Assembly: GCF_009914755.1 (NCBI RefSeq)
Contig: NC_060947.1
Direction: 5' to 3' (one strand)
DNA from: the human T2T-CHM13v2.0 reference genome, Homo sapiens
Length of the DNA: 64,000 nt
Shown: one piece after another, positions 1 to 27,842 of the stretch
Numbering within the stretch: the stretch's first letter is position 1
Layout of the letters: each line of letters opens with the position of its first letter
Notes under the pieces: generated by a model
The model's input: only the letters and a program-made list of their open reading frames with translations
The model's database searches: none
Told to the model about the DNA's origin: nothing
Translations under genes and position numbers: made by a program

Positions 1-3508
<3,508 letters not shown>

Positions 3509-3559
3509 TCTACATCATTCTTTTTCAATTCAGATCAATTCTCCAAGGTAGACATCCTC

Positions 3560-3790
3560 CTTTCTGTTAGTTAGTGTCACTCTCACAGCACCAGTCTCCC
3601 CCAGAGTCATTCTCACACTTGAAATTTGGCTTTTATTTGTGTAATTCTTTCATTATTGTCTATCTGTCTTCTTCATTAATGTGTATGCTCCATGAGGGCA
3701 GAAACTATGTCAGCTTTTGTTTGATATTATATCTCTAGTTCCTAGTTTAACACCTAGTGCTGTTCAATATCTTTAAATTAATAAATGTAC
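3560..3790 (+). mobile_element. L2 3'-end fragment in the spacer between the two L1s
   Basis: gctccatgagggcag...ctagtgctgttcaatatc resembles the L2 3' terminus. Confidence 0.6.
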
Positions 3791-4849
3791 TAATAAATTA
3801 TAAATGGTAAAATTTAAAGTCAGAGGAGGAGCCAAGATGGCCAAATAGGAACAGCTACGGTCTACAGCTCCCAGAGTGAGCGAAAAAAAAGACAGGTGAT
3901 TTCTGCATTTCCAACTGAGGTACCGGGTTCATCTCACTGGGGAGTGCCAGACAGTAGGTGCAGGACAGTGGGTGCAGCACACCGTGCATGAGCTGAAGCA
4001 GGGTGAGGCATCGCCTCACCTGGGAAGAACAAAGGGTCAGGGAATTCCTTTTCCTAGTCAAAGAAAGCAGTGACAGATGGCACCTGGAACATCGGGTCAC
4101 TCCCACCCTAATACTGCACTTTTACAATGGGCATAAAAAACGGCACACTAGGAGATTATATCTCACACCTGGCTCAGAGGGTCCTATGCCCATGGAGTCT
4201 CACTCATTGCTAGCACAGAAGTCCGAGATCAAACTGTAAGGCAGCAGCGAGGCTGGGGGAGGGGTGACCGCCATTGCTGAGGCTTGAGTAGGTAAACAAA
4301 GCTGCGGGGAAGCTCGAACTGGGTGGAGCCCACCACAGCTCAAGGAGGCCTGCCTGCGTCTATAGGCTCCACCTCTGGGGGCAGGGCACAGAAAAACAAA
4401 AGGAAGCAGTAACCTCTGCAGACTTAAATGTCCCTCTATGACAGCTTTGAAGAGAGTAGTGGTTCTCCCAGCAGGCAGCTTAACATCTGAGAATGGGCAG
4501 ACTGCCTCCTCAAGTGGGTCCCTGACCACCGAGTAGCCTAACTGGGAGGCACCTTCCAGTAGGGGTGGACTGACACCTCACACGGCCGGGTACTCCTCTG
4601 AGACAAAACTTCCAAAGGAATGATCAGGCAGCAGCATCTGCAGTTCACCAATATCTGCTGTTCTCCAGCCACCACTGCTGATACCCAGGCAAACAGGATC
4701 TGGAGTGGAACTCCAGCAAACTCCAACAGACCTACAGCTGAGGGTCCTGTCTGTTAGAAGGAAAACTAACAAACAGAAAGGACATCCACACCAAAAACCC
4801 ATCTGTACGTCACCATCATCAAAGATCAAAGGTAGATAAAACCACAAAG

Positions 4850-5863
4850 ATGGGAAAAAAACAGAGCAGAAAAACTGGAAACACTAAAAATCAGAGCACC
4901 TCTCCTCCTCCAAAGGAACGCAGCTCCTCACCAGCAACAGAACAAAACTGGACAGAGAATGACTATGAAGAGTTGAGAGAAGAAGGCTGCAGATGATCAA
5001 ACTACCCCAAGCTATAGAAGGAAATTCGAACCAATGGCAAAGAAGTCAAAAACTTTGAAAAAAAATTAGATGAATGGATAACTAGTATCACCAATGCAGA
5101 CAAGTCCTTAAAGGACCTGATGGAGCTGAAAACCAAGGCACAGGAGCTACAGGACAAATGCAGAAGCCTCAGGAGCCGATGTGATCAATTGGAAGAAAGG
5201 GTATCAGTGATGGAAGATGAAATGAATGAAACAAAATGAGAAGAGAAGTTTACAGAAAAAAAATAAAAAGAAATGAACAAATCCTCCAAGAAATATGGGA
5301 CTATGTGAAAAGAACAGATCTATGTCCGATTGGTGTACCTGAAAGTGATGGGGAGAATGCAAACAAGTTGGAAAACACTCTGCAGGATATTATCCAGGAG
5401 ACTTCCCAATCTAGCAAGGCAGGCCAACATTCAAATTCAGGAAATAAAGAGAATGCCACAAAGATACACCTTGAGAAGAGCAACCCCAAGACACATAATT
5501 GTCAGATTCACCAAAGTTGAAATGAAGGAAAAATTGTTAAGTGCAGCCAGAGAGAAAGGTCAGGTTACCCACAAAGGGAAGCCCATCAGACTAACAGCTG
5601 ATCTCTCAGCAGAAACTCTACAAGCCAGAAGGGAGTGGGGGCCAATATTCAACATTCTTAAAGAAAAGAATTTTCAACCCAGAATTTCATATCCAGCCAA
5701 AGTAAGCTTCATAAGTGAGGAAGAAATAAAATCCTTTATAGACAAGCAAACACTGAGAGATTTTGTCACCACCAGGCCTGCCCTAAAAGAGCTCCTGAAG
5801 GAAGCACTAAACATGGAAAGGAACAACCAGTACCAGCCACTGCAAAAACATGCCAAATTGTAA
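4850..5863 (+). pseudogene. L1 ORF1p, disrupted
   Basis: ATGGGAAAAAAACAGAGC start. C-terminal ORF1p peptide (RATPRHIIVRFTKVEMKEK...YQPLQKHAKL) in 5330-5863. Stops and frameshifts upstream. Confidence 0.95.
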
Positions 5864-5926
5864 AGACCATCAATGCTAGGAAGAAACTGCATCAACTAAT
5901 GGGCAAAATAACCAGCTAACATCATA

Positions 5927-9732
<3,806 letters not shown>

Positions 9733-9960
9733 ACAATGAGAACACATGGACACAGGAAGAAGAACATCACACTCTGGGGACTGTTGTGCGGTGGGGGGAG
9801 GGGGGAGTGATAGCATTAGGAGATATACCTTATGCTAAATGACGAGTTAATGGGTGCAGCACACCAGCATGTCACGTGTATACATATGTAACTAACCTGC
9901 ACATTGTGCACATGTACCCTAAAACTTAAAGTATAATAATAATAAAATTAAAAAAAGAAT

Positions 9961-11334
9961 AAAAAGCCAAAACCATACGTTCATCTCAATAGATGCAGAA
10001 AAAGAATTTGATAAAATTTAGTATCTTTTTTTATATGTACTTTAAGTTCTGGGTTACATGTGCAGAATATGCAGGTTTGTTATGTAGGTATACATGTGCC
10101 ATGGTGGTTTGCTGCACCCATTGATCCGTCATCTACCTTAGCTATTTCTCCTAATGCTATCCCTCCCTTATCCCCTACCCCATGACAGGCCCTGGTGTGT
10201 GATGTTCCCCTCCCTGTGTCCATGTTTTCTCATTATTCAACTCTCACTTATGAGTGAGAGCATGCAGTGTTTGGTTTTCTGTTCCTGTGTTAGTTTGCTG
10301 AGAATGATGGTTTCCAGCTTCATCCACGTCCCTGCAAAGGACATGAACTCATTCTTTTATATGGCTGCATAGTATTCCATGCTGTATGTGTGCCACATTT
10401 TCTTTATTGAGTCTATCATTAATAGGCATTTGGGTTGGTTTCAAGTCTTTGCTCTTGTGAATAGTGATGCAATAAACATACATGTGCATGTGTCTTTATA
10501 GTAGAATAATTTATAATCCTTTGGATATATATTCAGTAATGAGATTGCTGGGTCAAATGGCACTTCTGGTTCTAGATCCTTGAGGAATCACCACACTGTC
10601 TTCCACAATGGTTGAACTAATTCACACTCCCACCCAATAGTGTTCTTATTCCTCCACATCCTCTCCAGCATCTTTTGTTTCCTGACTTTTTAATGATCGC
10701 CATTCTAACTGGCATGAGATGGTATCTCATTGTGGTTTTGACTTGCAATTTTCTAATGACCAGTTATGATAAGTTTTTTTTCATATGTTTGTTGGCCACA
10801 TAAATAGCTTCTTTTCAGAAGTCTCTAAATTTACAAGGAAATTTAGTATCTCTTTATTATCAAAACCCACAATAAATTAGGCATAGAAGGAACATATTTC
10901 AAAATAATAAAAATCCATATAACACAAATCAACAGCCAATTTTATACTGAATGGGGAAAAGTTGAAAGCATTTTTCCCTAAGAAATGGAACAAAAAAATG
11001 ATGCTCAATATCACTGCTGTTATTGAACATAGTATTGGACATCCTAACTAGAGGAATCTGACAAGAAAAAGAAATAAAAGGTATTTAAATTGGAAAACAG
11101 GAAGTCAAATTATCTCTGTTTGCTGATGATATAATCCTGTAAGTAAAACATCTTCAAAAGACACCTTCAAATACTTTTACATTTGGTAAACAACTTCAGT
11201 AAAGTTTCAGGATATAAAAATCAATTTTAAAAATCATTAACATTTCTATACAACAATAATGATCAACCTGAGAACCAAATCATGAATGCAATCCCATTGA
11301 CAATTGCTACAATAAAAAGTAAAATATCTGGGGA
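9961..11334 (+). mobile_element. Old L1M ORF2 (RT region) fragment, interrupted by a younger L1
   Basis: atctcaatagatgcagaaaaag...tttgctgatgatat: diverged RT-domain sequence continuing on both sides of 10027-10838. Confidence 0.85.
10027..10838 (-). mobile_element. 5'-truncated L1PA (L1PA7-like) 3' end
   Basis: Antisense L1 3'UTR and ORF2 end. 13-bp TSD aaatttagtatct at 10014-10026 and 10839-10851. Confidence 0.93.
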
Positions 11335-16610
<5,276 letters not shown>

Positions 16611-16871
16611 AATATCTCTCCAAAATATTCATGCAGCCCTATCTCTTCAGAATTTACATTTTTCTTATCTAAACCCACATACAATAATAAACTATATTTT
16701 AATAGTCTCAAGTATATTAATCAGTTCATCCTAGCTAGAATATAAACATTCTGTGAATTAGAATATTTACTTACTGTTTTTCTCTGTCCACCATAGCACT
16801 TTGCAAACTAATATTCATTGACTGCATAGTGCCTGCCAGACACTGTTATAAGTGCTTTAATTTATATACAT

Positions 16872-17159
16872 ATATTTTTGAGAAGGAGTCTTGCTTTGTC
16901 TCCCATGCTAAAGTGCAGTGGCATGATCTTGGCTCACTGCCACCTCCGCCTCCCGGTTTCAAGCTATTCTTCTGCCTCAGCCTCCCGAGTAGCTGAGATT
17001 ACAGACACATGCCACCATGCCCAGCTAATCTTTGTATTTTTAGTGGAGATGGGGTTTCACCATGCTGGCCAGGCTGGTCTTGAACTCCTGACCTCGTAAT
17101 TCACCCGCCTGGGCCTCCCAAAGTGCTGGGATTACAGGTGTGAGACACCACCCCTGGCC
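16872..17159 (-). mobile_element. AluS (Sg-like)
   Basis: Full antisense Alu dimer with TA-rich decayed tail. Confidence 0.93.
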
Positions 17160-17817
17160 TATGTTTTCTTATTTCATTTAATTCAGGAGAAAATCTGTAA
17201 GATAAACATTTTCTTTCGTTTAGGAATGAGGATTCTGTGGCTTAGAGAATTTAAATAGGCTCACACAAATATATGTATATAGGCTATCTAAACCACAGAT
17301 CTTTCAAAATAAAATGTTAACTAAGGTTTAAACAAATGCCCATGCTTGCTTGCTCTTTCCAAAATACCAGTAATTTTCAACCATTTCCTTAGTGGTGGAC
17401 CTTTTTTTTTAAAGAACTATCTAACACAGGATGTCAATGAATAAAAGAGGTAAAAATAGGTCTGCCCTTATTCAACAGAGTTGATGACACAGATTCCATC
17501 CACTTAGCCGTACTTTTCCTCCTTCTACTGAACTCCTCTACTGAATCCTAAAACCTACTTCCAGGATGGTTCTGACACAATATCATGGAATCTTTTTGAA
17601 GTCTGAGAAGCACAATCCAAAAATGACATCCTGCTGCTCAGCATTACTGGGCACACTGTAATTGCTCAGAAAAAAAAATACTGACTATATTTAGACCACG
17701 AATGCCCTAAGGAATAGTTTCAATACAGGGGCCAAAAAGTAAATATTTTTTCTTACAAAAGTTAGGGTAAAAAGAAAGAAACAAATAAATAAAAAAGGAG
17801 TAAAATACATCATCTTA

Positions 17818-18103
17818 GGTTGGGCATGGTGGCTCATGCCTGTAATCTCAGCACTATGGGAGGCCCAGGTGGGAGGATTGCTGGAGCCCAGAAGTTTGAC
17901 AGCAGACTGGGCAACATAGTGAGACCTCATATCTACTAAAAAAAAAATAGCTTGGTGTGATGCTGTGCACCTGTGATCCTAACTACCAGGGAGGCTGTGG
18001 TAGGAGAATTGCTTGAGCCTGGAGGTCAACGTTGCAATGAGCTGTAATCACACCAATACACTTCAGCCTGGGTGACAGAATGAGACCTGGTCTCAAAAAG
18101 AAA
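17818..18103 (+). mobile_element. AluJ
   Basis: gggaggattgctggagcccag and gagacctggtctc are J-type diagnostics. Confidence 0.92.
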
Positions 18104-18323
18104 GACATTATATTTTTTAAAAGTAGGAGGAGGAAGTAGAGAAATAGAGGGGAAGAGAGAATGAGAGAAAATGTAAACCCCTTAGTGTCAATAATAAATG
18201 GCCTAGGTCCTAGAAACCTCTGGGATTAAACTCAGCCCTTGGGAAACCAAGTCACTCCAAGTATAAATTCTTGGCTTGGTCAGTTAGATCAACAAGCTGC
18301 AGCCATCACATATTCTAGAATAA

Positions 18324-19437
<1,114 letters not shown>

Positions 19438-20312
19438 TAGCTAGAAGTAGCAGTCATTTGCTTCCTTTATGACAGCTGCTAGATCCTGCCTGGACAGATG
19501 TACATAGTTTGCTATTTGCCAGTTAAAATAACTAACCCTTTTGGCCATGTCAAACAAATGCTAAGTCTAAGTCACCATTTGAGCACATCGTTAGTAATAT
19601 GTAACAGGATAAACTGATCCAACTTAAACTTTTACCTCTGCAAAGTATATCAACATGCTGAGGAAAATCCAGTAAAGTCCCAGAAAACTAATATCGGCAG
19701 CAAAGAATACGACTTTAGACTGGACTTCCTCTGCCAATAGCCTTTGATTTTACATGACTAGACCAGAATAGGGATGCACAATTCTGCATTTGATGGTCAG
19801 GAGTTGTTAGGTAATTATCCATTTTCATTCACTCCAATTTCTTTAAACAATACATTTAATAATATGTTTTTATAGAGAGATGATTTTCAAAACATAAACA
19901 TCAGGACATTAAACAGATTTCAGTGATCCAAAAGCGAGGTAGACTTGGTTTGTAGGTTAAGAGATTGTTGTTGCAATTAAAGTATTTGGATGTCACAGTT
20001 TTGTCTTAAGGCTTCCATTAAGTCATTGTCAGTGTTGTAAATTGTACATTTTGGCATAATCAGTGATATGTTTTGGGTTTGAATAGTAAATGATATTAAG
20101 TTTCCCCCTACCTAATATTAGCAATGGGTTTATGTTTCCTTGAGTTATTCAAAAGATAATGGCTTATCTATAGTCATGCATTCAGCACTATTTTTTGAGT
20201 GACTGCTATGTGCTTAGCACTGTTCCAGTACTAGTGATACAGCAGAAAATGGAACAAAGTGCCTGCTTACAAAAAACTTTCATTTTAACATGGCAACAAA
20301 AGAAATGCAGTA

Positions 20313-20639
20313 CAAGTCAGCTCTCCATATCTGAGAGTTCCACATCCATGGCTTCAATCAAATACAGATAAAAAATATTTGAAAAAATTGCAACTGTAGA
20401 GAATGTGTATAGGCTTTTTTCCTTTGTCATTATGCCCTCCACTACATAGATAGCATTTATTTTGTGTTAGTTATTATAAGTAATCTAGAGATGATTAGAG
20501 TAGTTTAAACTACTGGAGAATGTGCACAGGTTATGTGCAAATACTACACCATTTTATTTCAGAAACTTGAGCATTCATGGATTATAGTATCTGCAGGATA
20601 TCCTGAAACCAATCCCCCATGGATATCAAGGAATGACTG
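20313..20639 (+). mobile_element. MER2-like TcMar-Tigger MITE
   Basis: cagctctccatatct...ggatatcaaggaatgactg termini; internal ttataagtaatctagagatgatt. Confidence 0.8.
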
Positions 20640-20941
20640 TCTAGACAAATTTTGGATGGTTACAAATGTCAAGAAGAAAATTTAAAAAGGTAATAAGATA
20701 GAGAGTTGAACACTGCTATAGATGGTTACAGGATGTAACTCTACGTAAATGACATTTGCAAAAACAAAGAACCATCCAAGCAAAGATGTTGGTGAAGAGC
20801 AGTCTAGACAGAGGGAAGAGAAACTGAAAAGGTCACAACGCAAGAATGAACTTCTTGCGTTTGAGGGAAAACAAGAAGCATTTGTGATAGGAATATTGTA
20901 AGTTAGGGAGAACGTGGGATAAGATGAGTGAGTAGAGGTAG

Positions 20942-21255
<314 letters not shown>

Positions 21256-21512
21256 AAATTATGTAGGGCTATGATATGCTGTTTACATTTAATTATAAAT
21301 GCAATGGTTTTAAAGGACAGTGTTTTAAACAGAGGAGTGAAAAATATTATTTACAATTTTAAAATATTGGGTTGAATTCTTTGTGGGTAGGAGACTGCAG
21401 GGAGAAGAACAGAAGCAGGAATACCAGTTAAGAGGCTTTACAGCCATTCTGGAAGGGATAGTGGTAGTCATAGAGATGATAACAAGTTTTGAAGTTAAAG
21501 CCAATTAACTTT

Positions 21513-21732
21513 GTCTTAGTCCACTAGACTTAGGCTTTTATAACAAAATATCTTACACTGGGCTGCTTTTAAACAACAGAAATTTATTCTCATGGTTCTA
21601 GTAGCTGTGAAGTCCAAGATCAAGGTGCTGGCTGATTCAATCTCTGATGAGGGTCCAATATCTGGTTCAGAGATGGTGCTTTCTAGCTGTCTCCTCACAA
21701 AAGAAGAGAAGGGTCTCTCTCAGGCCTTCCTT
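21513..21732 (-). mobile_element. MLT1A-like MaLR LTR fragment
   Basis: tgtcttagtcc...aacaacagaaatttattctca...aagtccaagatcaaggtgctggc. Confidence 0.8.
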
Positions 21733-21734
21733 AA

Positions 21735-22380
21735 AAATTTTAGTTTTTTAATTGACAAATATTATTTTTCTATATTTAAGAGGTATAATGTGATGTTATG
21801 ATACATTTATACATTGTGGAATAATTAAATCAAGCTAATTAAGATATTCATCACCTTGCTTACCTATTATTTGTGGAGATAACATTGGGAATCTATTCTT
21901 ATAGCAATTTTGAAATATATAAGACATTATTATTAACTATAATAACTATGATATGCAATAGATCATTAGAACTTATTCCTGCTATCTAATAGAAAGTGTT
22001 TCTTACCTTTGACTAACATCACTCCATTCCCTGTCCACTACCCCCAATATCTTCTGATAACTTCCATTCTACTCTTTCTATCTATATGAGTTTGATTTTT
22101 TAGATTCCATATATAAAGGAGAATATATGGTATTTGTCTTTCTGTGCCTTCTTTTTGTCCATATATGCAATATTTTTATCCATTCATTCATTATGGGCAT
22201 TTAGCTTGTTTCCATATCTTGGTTATTGTGAATAATGTTGCAATGAGCATAGAGTATATAAACAGTGAAATCCCACTCAACTTTTAAAAAGAAGGAAATT
22301 CCGTCATGTGCAACAACGTGGATAAATCTAGAGGACATTATGCTAAGTGAAATAAGCCATTCTTCTGTGGATACCTGAGT
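21735..22380 (-). mobile_element. L1M(A) 3'-end fragment, internally rearranged
   Basis: Antisense L1MA 3'UTR; 22255-22359 is L1 sequence in the opposite orientation. Confidence 0.8.
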
Positions 22381-22437
22381 CATGTAGTGCTGTACTCTGC
22401 TTTCCTTAACACTGTGTTCTATCTGTTTTCATGAATT

Positions 22438-22558
22438 ATGATACGTTTTTGTTTGCCTGGGACAGTTGCAGTTTCTGCCTGTTGATCCAGTGTAAGTATT
22501 AATAGCATCCCCTTTCAATCTCAAAAGGGTTCATGTAATAAATTACCTGGCCATCTAG
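22438..22558 (-). mobile_element. MER94-like hAT MITE
   Basis: gtttgcctgggacag...tattaatagcatcccctttcaatctcaaaag matches the recalled MER94 reverse complement. Confidence 0.6.
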
Positions 22559-23094
22559 CTTTCACCCATAGCAAAAAAAGTGGTTACTGAAAATTATAGA
22601 ACCTTTTCCCATTTGAGTTTTCTCCTATTTGCATAAGAAAGACATTGCCAGAACATTTTGATATCAATTTACATCTTTTATTCTTTACTTTAACAAATGT
22701 TTCTCAAGTATTTCAGAAAACGGGACAGAGCATAGAAAGAACAAATGGGCAAGGTGAGGTGGAGGTTGATGCAGATACACCTTGCTGACCCAATTTTGCT
22801 GAAGGCAAGAGCTCTAATTATATCTCTTGCCATTTATCCATTTCATGAGTTAATGTTTCTTTGTATGTTTCACCTGCATTTTGAAGTAATAGCAATGTTT
22901 TCTCTCTCTTATGTTATCAATTTAAATGCCAATTTGGAATTTTGCTTCTTAAGCCAATGTGAAACTTATTATCTTCATAGAGAGTTTCATTAATTCACAT
23001 CTAGATAGTAAACAAAGAATATTGTTAAACAACAGGATTCTAATGAAAAAATTCATTACTTGTCAGTATAAGTTATAGTAAATGACATTCAGTA

Positions 23095-23290
23095 GGAGGC
23101 AGTATGGTCTGTGCAGTAGAAGGCAGGCTGCTCTGGAGTGTGCTAGATCTGGGATCCAGATCTAGCTCTACCCCAATTCTGTACATCCTTGAATAAGTCA
23201 CATTCTTGCTCTGAGCCTTAATTTCTCCATATGTAAAATGAGTTTAAGGATTAATAATCTCTAAGCTCCCTTCCAGTTCAGACTTACTTT
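23095..23290 (+). mobile_element. MIR
   Basis: tctgagccttaatttctccatatgtaaaatg MIR core. Confidence 0.7.
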
Positions 23291-24099
23291 GGTTCTATTC
23301 ACAAAAATTTGCTACATATTCATTCTCTAAGTGGAAATTATAATTTCCAGAGCTTTGCAAATTAACTTGAAATAATTCTACCAGAAGTAAAAGCTGGACT
23401 GTCTAGCTGATGGAAGGATGGGGGAGGTTGTGAGTAAAATCATGCAAACATGATTACCAGGGGCATATTTATACCCCTTAGAAGAACAAACTGTTTTCAA
23501 GCACTTATGGAGCATCCATTTACATACAAATCCATTTACATACAAATTCCTGATGACAAATAATTCTCAATTCATTACACTTGCTCCCAGAGGCCCTTTA
23601 CTTGGCAACACTTTGTTGGACTGGTTCGGGTTGCTGTAGCTCCTTGACTATAATAAAATTGCCTTTCAAATATTCTATCATTTTTAATTGAAAAAAGTTA
23701 ATTAAAAAAATTATTCAGGCCCCAATTAGACTACATTAGCAAGATTTTGTGTTACTATATTTTTGTTCATTAAGCTCTGTTAAGGATCATGCTCCTGAAT
23801 ACTCATTTCCAGCTGCACCCTGCCTCTTCTCCAACTCAGTGAGTGTGAGAAGCACTGTTGCTCTTTGAGTGCCTGCTGTGCCAGAAGCAGCCCCATGGAC
23901 CTAATTGGAAAAGGCCTGCTTCTGCCCTCCTTAAATCTTATCTTCCCTTGGTATCTATTAGTCCTTCCTCTCTATTCTGGCTGACTTTATGGGAATCTTT
24001 CCCAGCCTTTTCTTCTCATGGGTGTGACAGTTGGTTTGGGAGGAATTTGGATAGACATGGAAAAACAATCCAGAAAAATCACCATATTCCCAAAAGGCA

Positions 24100-24306
24100 A
24101 CTGGAGAGTTTCCAGGCCAGACTATCTCAAAATGCAATCCAAAAATCATCTCCATCAGTACTCACATGATACCTGTTTAAAATTCAGATTCTTGAAAGTG
24201 ACTTCTAGAACTATTAAATCAGAATCTTTGGACAATGTGCCAGGAGGTATATTTTTCACATGTTCCTCAGGTAATTCTGTTACATACTAAAGTATAAGAA
24301 TCACTG
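24100..24306. mobile_element. MER5-like hAT MITE
   Basis: aaatcagaatct...cctcaggtaattct...aagtataagaatcactg. Confidence 0.6.
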
Positions 24307-24469
24307 TGAGCCTATGTCACCAGAAGCAGAATGGCCCACAATGGAATGAGGAATAAAGAACCTTGGGAAATTTTCTGCAATAGCTAATGTTAATATTCAT
24401 AATGTAATCTGAAGTAGTCATCTCAGGTCTCAGAAAAGCTACAACCATCATGTATGTCAGTAATAATTG

Positions 24470-24720
24470 CTTATAACAGATCATAATTGCTGAGTACTTA
24501 CTTTGTGCCAAGCATTTTGCTAAGTGCTTCATCATTGTAATTATCCATAATAACTCACTTCATCTTTTACCAGACCAGCTTTATCCCACTGAATTCTCTT
24601 AACAGACCTGTGAAGTAGGCACTATTATTATTCTTTTCCAGATGAGAAAACTGAAGCTCAGAGAGGTTAAGTGACCTACCCAATGTTAAGTTCTTAGTAA
24701 AGTGGAAAAGCCTGGAAGTG
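24470..24720 (-). mobile_element. MIR
   Basis: cagatgagaaaactgaagctcagagaggttaagtgacc. Confidence 0.75.
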
Positions 24721-27700
24721 AGGTATCTCCCTTACCAGACCATGAGCTCCAGAAAGGAAATAATATAGCCTGCCTTGACTTCAAGCCCCATTGCTCAATC
24801 TGGATCTTGTACAGAACCGGGGCCTAGTTAGATTTGAAATGAGATGAGGCTAAGGTTGTCTTTGAATGCAAAGGAGGGAGGAGGAACCTCTAGGTTGGGG
24901 GCCTATGAAAGACCCAATGGCTCTGAGATCTACATCCCACCATGAGTATCCTCCAGGTTTCAGGCGTAAGTACTTTGATGCTTAAAATGTCTCTTCTACT
25001 CTCTCTCTCATTACTTTTGTGACCCCCAAAATCAGTGCTTTTCACATTTTCTTAATATTTCTACATGCTAAAGGCTCAAGACTCCATTCTAGCTACCAAG
25101 AAACCCCTATCTGGATCAACTGAGCAGGGTTTCACCCCACACCCATATTATCAGTCTCCATTCTGTATCATCATTTCCCCACTGGGAATGTGGAACTAAT
25201 GTACTAAACTAATCTATAATAACTAAAGGTGTTATGGCTAATGAAGACAAAATATGTTAACCTCTTTATATGTATACAGAATATTTTGAAACCCTTAGTC
25301 CAAAGAGTAACTAAGGTGGGAATTCTGGATATTCTGCAGCCAGTAACATGGATACTTTTATTCCCAGATGTAGGAGAAAGAGGCATAAACTACACTAACT
25401 TCAATAGAGGCATAAACTGCACTATGAAAATATTAACATCCAATTTACTTTCAAAGTTGAAAGGTTGTCTATATATGAGATTTAAAAGAGTAATAAATAC
25501 GATTTTTCTATGCTTCAGCATGTTCATCATTTTCTTAGATTTTTCCTAATTAGATAAAAAGGAGAAGTTGTCTGGAATCATTTGCTCATTTGTTTACATT
25601 CACTGAAGGGCTCTCACAGTGTTAGTAACTCACAAGTAATGTCTTTCACCTTCTGAGGCTTAAATCACCTAATGAACTCACACAATAAATCAACAACATG
25701 AAGAGAGTGCACATTGTTGCAAGAAAACAACATTCATCAGTTAAAGATCAATTAAGTAGACTAATTACACTCTTTAGGTACAACAAAAGCAGAATAAAGG
25801 AAGAATAAGGAAGAAATTCTGTCCTAGCTGTGGACTGAAAAAGCCATGTCCTCACTGACTCCTCCACACAACATCTGAGAGATGCATAGGTCCTGAAGTC
25901 ACAAGGCTGTAATGTGAGGACAAGGTGAGAGATTAGGGACCATTTCTTTTGTTGTCACACTTTGGCATTTTCCCCAACCTAAGATCCCTTGTAAGGGACC
26001 TCTAATTTTAGAAGGTGAAAAGTGTTGATTACTGTCTAAACTTTCTGGCTTCCTCATTATTAAGAAACAAAACCTTATATGACTCAAAATTAAAATAAAT
26101 TTCATTTTTTTCTGAACCACTATAGCACTTTAACCTGCTTCAACCTTTCTTTGTTAAAGCTTACATTATGTTAATTTTATTTCAACTTATTGAATAACTG
26201 CATCAGAAAAGTTTAAGTAGATTTCAAAATAACAAAGGGCACAATTGTTATCAGATTGATAAAACTTTTCTTCTGTTCCAATTCTGTAAGAATTTTGATC
26301 AGAAATGAATGTTCCATTCTGTTAACTGCATATTCCTAATCTATTAAAATGGTTGTTATTTGTGCACTTCATTATATTAATATGATGTATTATATTAATT
26401 TATTTTTGGATGTTAAACCAACCTTGCATTCCTAGGACAAATCTCACTTTATCATCATATGTAATCTTTGTTACGTGTTTTGGATTTGGTAAGCTAATAT
26501 TTTTCAGGATTATTTTACATCTACATTTATGGGAGCTACATTTATGTAGTTATCTTTGTCTGGTTTTGTTGTGATGCTGATAATTGTCTCATAGAGTGAG
26601 TTGAAGGATATTTCGACTTCCTACATTTTTGAAAGAGTTAATAAAATATTGGGATTATTGTTTGTTTAAATCTTTAATAAAATTCACATCTGGGTGTAAG
26701 TCTGTCTTTGTGAAAAGATTTTTAACTAGTAATTTTTTCATTTGTTACATTTTTATTCTAAATTCATATTTCATCTTCAGTGGGTCTTCTTGTTAATTTG
26801 TGACTTACTAAGGATTTGTCTATTTCATCTTAGTTGTGAAATGTGTTGACATAAAGTTTTTCATTGCATTCTCTTATAATCATTTTAATTCCTCAGGGGT
26901 CAGTGGTAATGTCCCTTCTCACATTCCTAGTTCCCAGCATCTGTGTCTTTCCTCTTTTTCTCATGGTTTATCTGTTTAAAGGTGTGTCAATTTTGCTTAT
27001 CTTTTCAAAAAAACTAACTTTGATTTTATTTATTTCTCTGTATTATTCTATTTTAATGTAACAATTTTCTGTCCTTATCTTTATTACTTTCCTCCCATGA
27101 GCTTTGTCATTAGTTTTGTTAGTCTTTCTTTTTCTAGATTTTTAAGGTGATACATAATATTATTAACTTGATATCATTCTTCTCTTTTAATTTAGGCATT
27201 TAAATGTATAAAATTTCATCTAAGCATTTCAGCTGCACTCCAAAAATTTTTATATGTTGTGTTTTTATTTTTATGCAGCTCGAAATTTGAATTTCCCTTA
27301 TAATTTATTACTTGACCAAGGAACTATTTAGAAATACATTGCTCATTCAATAAATGCAATACATCAGATTAACTATATGAAGCACAAAAACCATAATATA
27401 ATTTCAATAGATGAGGAAAAAAGCATTTGACAAAATTCAATATTTTTACGATTAAAAACACTCAACAAATTAGATATAGAAAGAATGTACCTCAACACAA
27501 TAAAGACCACATATGACAAACACATAGCTAACATCACAACAAGGAAAAGCTTTCTTTCTAAGATTCAGAACAAGACAAAGATGCCGACTTTCACCACTTC
27601 TATTCAACATTGCAGTGAAAGTCCTAACCAGAGCAATTAGATAAGAGAAAGAAATAAAAGTCATTCAAATTGGAAAGAAGTTAAATTGTCCCTGTTTAGA

Positions 27701-27842
27701 GACATAATCATATATTTAGAAACCCCTTAAAACTCCATGAAATAAATTTAGAACTAATAAACAAATTCAGTAAAGTTGCAGGATACAAAACCAACATACA
27801 CTTCTTTCTCTCATTGACTGCTTCTGTAAAAAAGAACATGTG

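Noticed and set aside
22717-22753. Plus-strand micro-exon (tttcag|...AAG|gtgagg)
   Set aside because: Isolated 37-nt candidate with no partner exons or recognisable peptide; such motifs arise by chance.
23515-23547. 16-bp tandem repeat (atccatttacatacaa x2); similar 19-bp direct repeat at ~25380-25425
   Set aside because: Only two units each; ordinary slippage, not an array or CRISPR.
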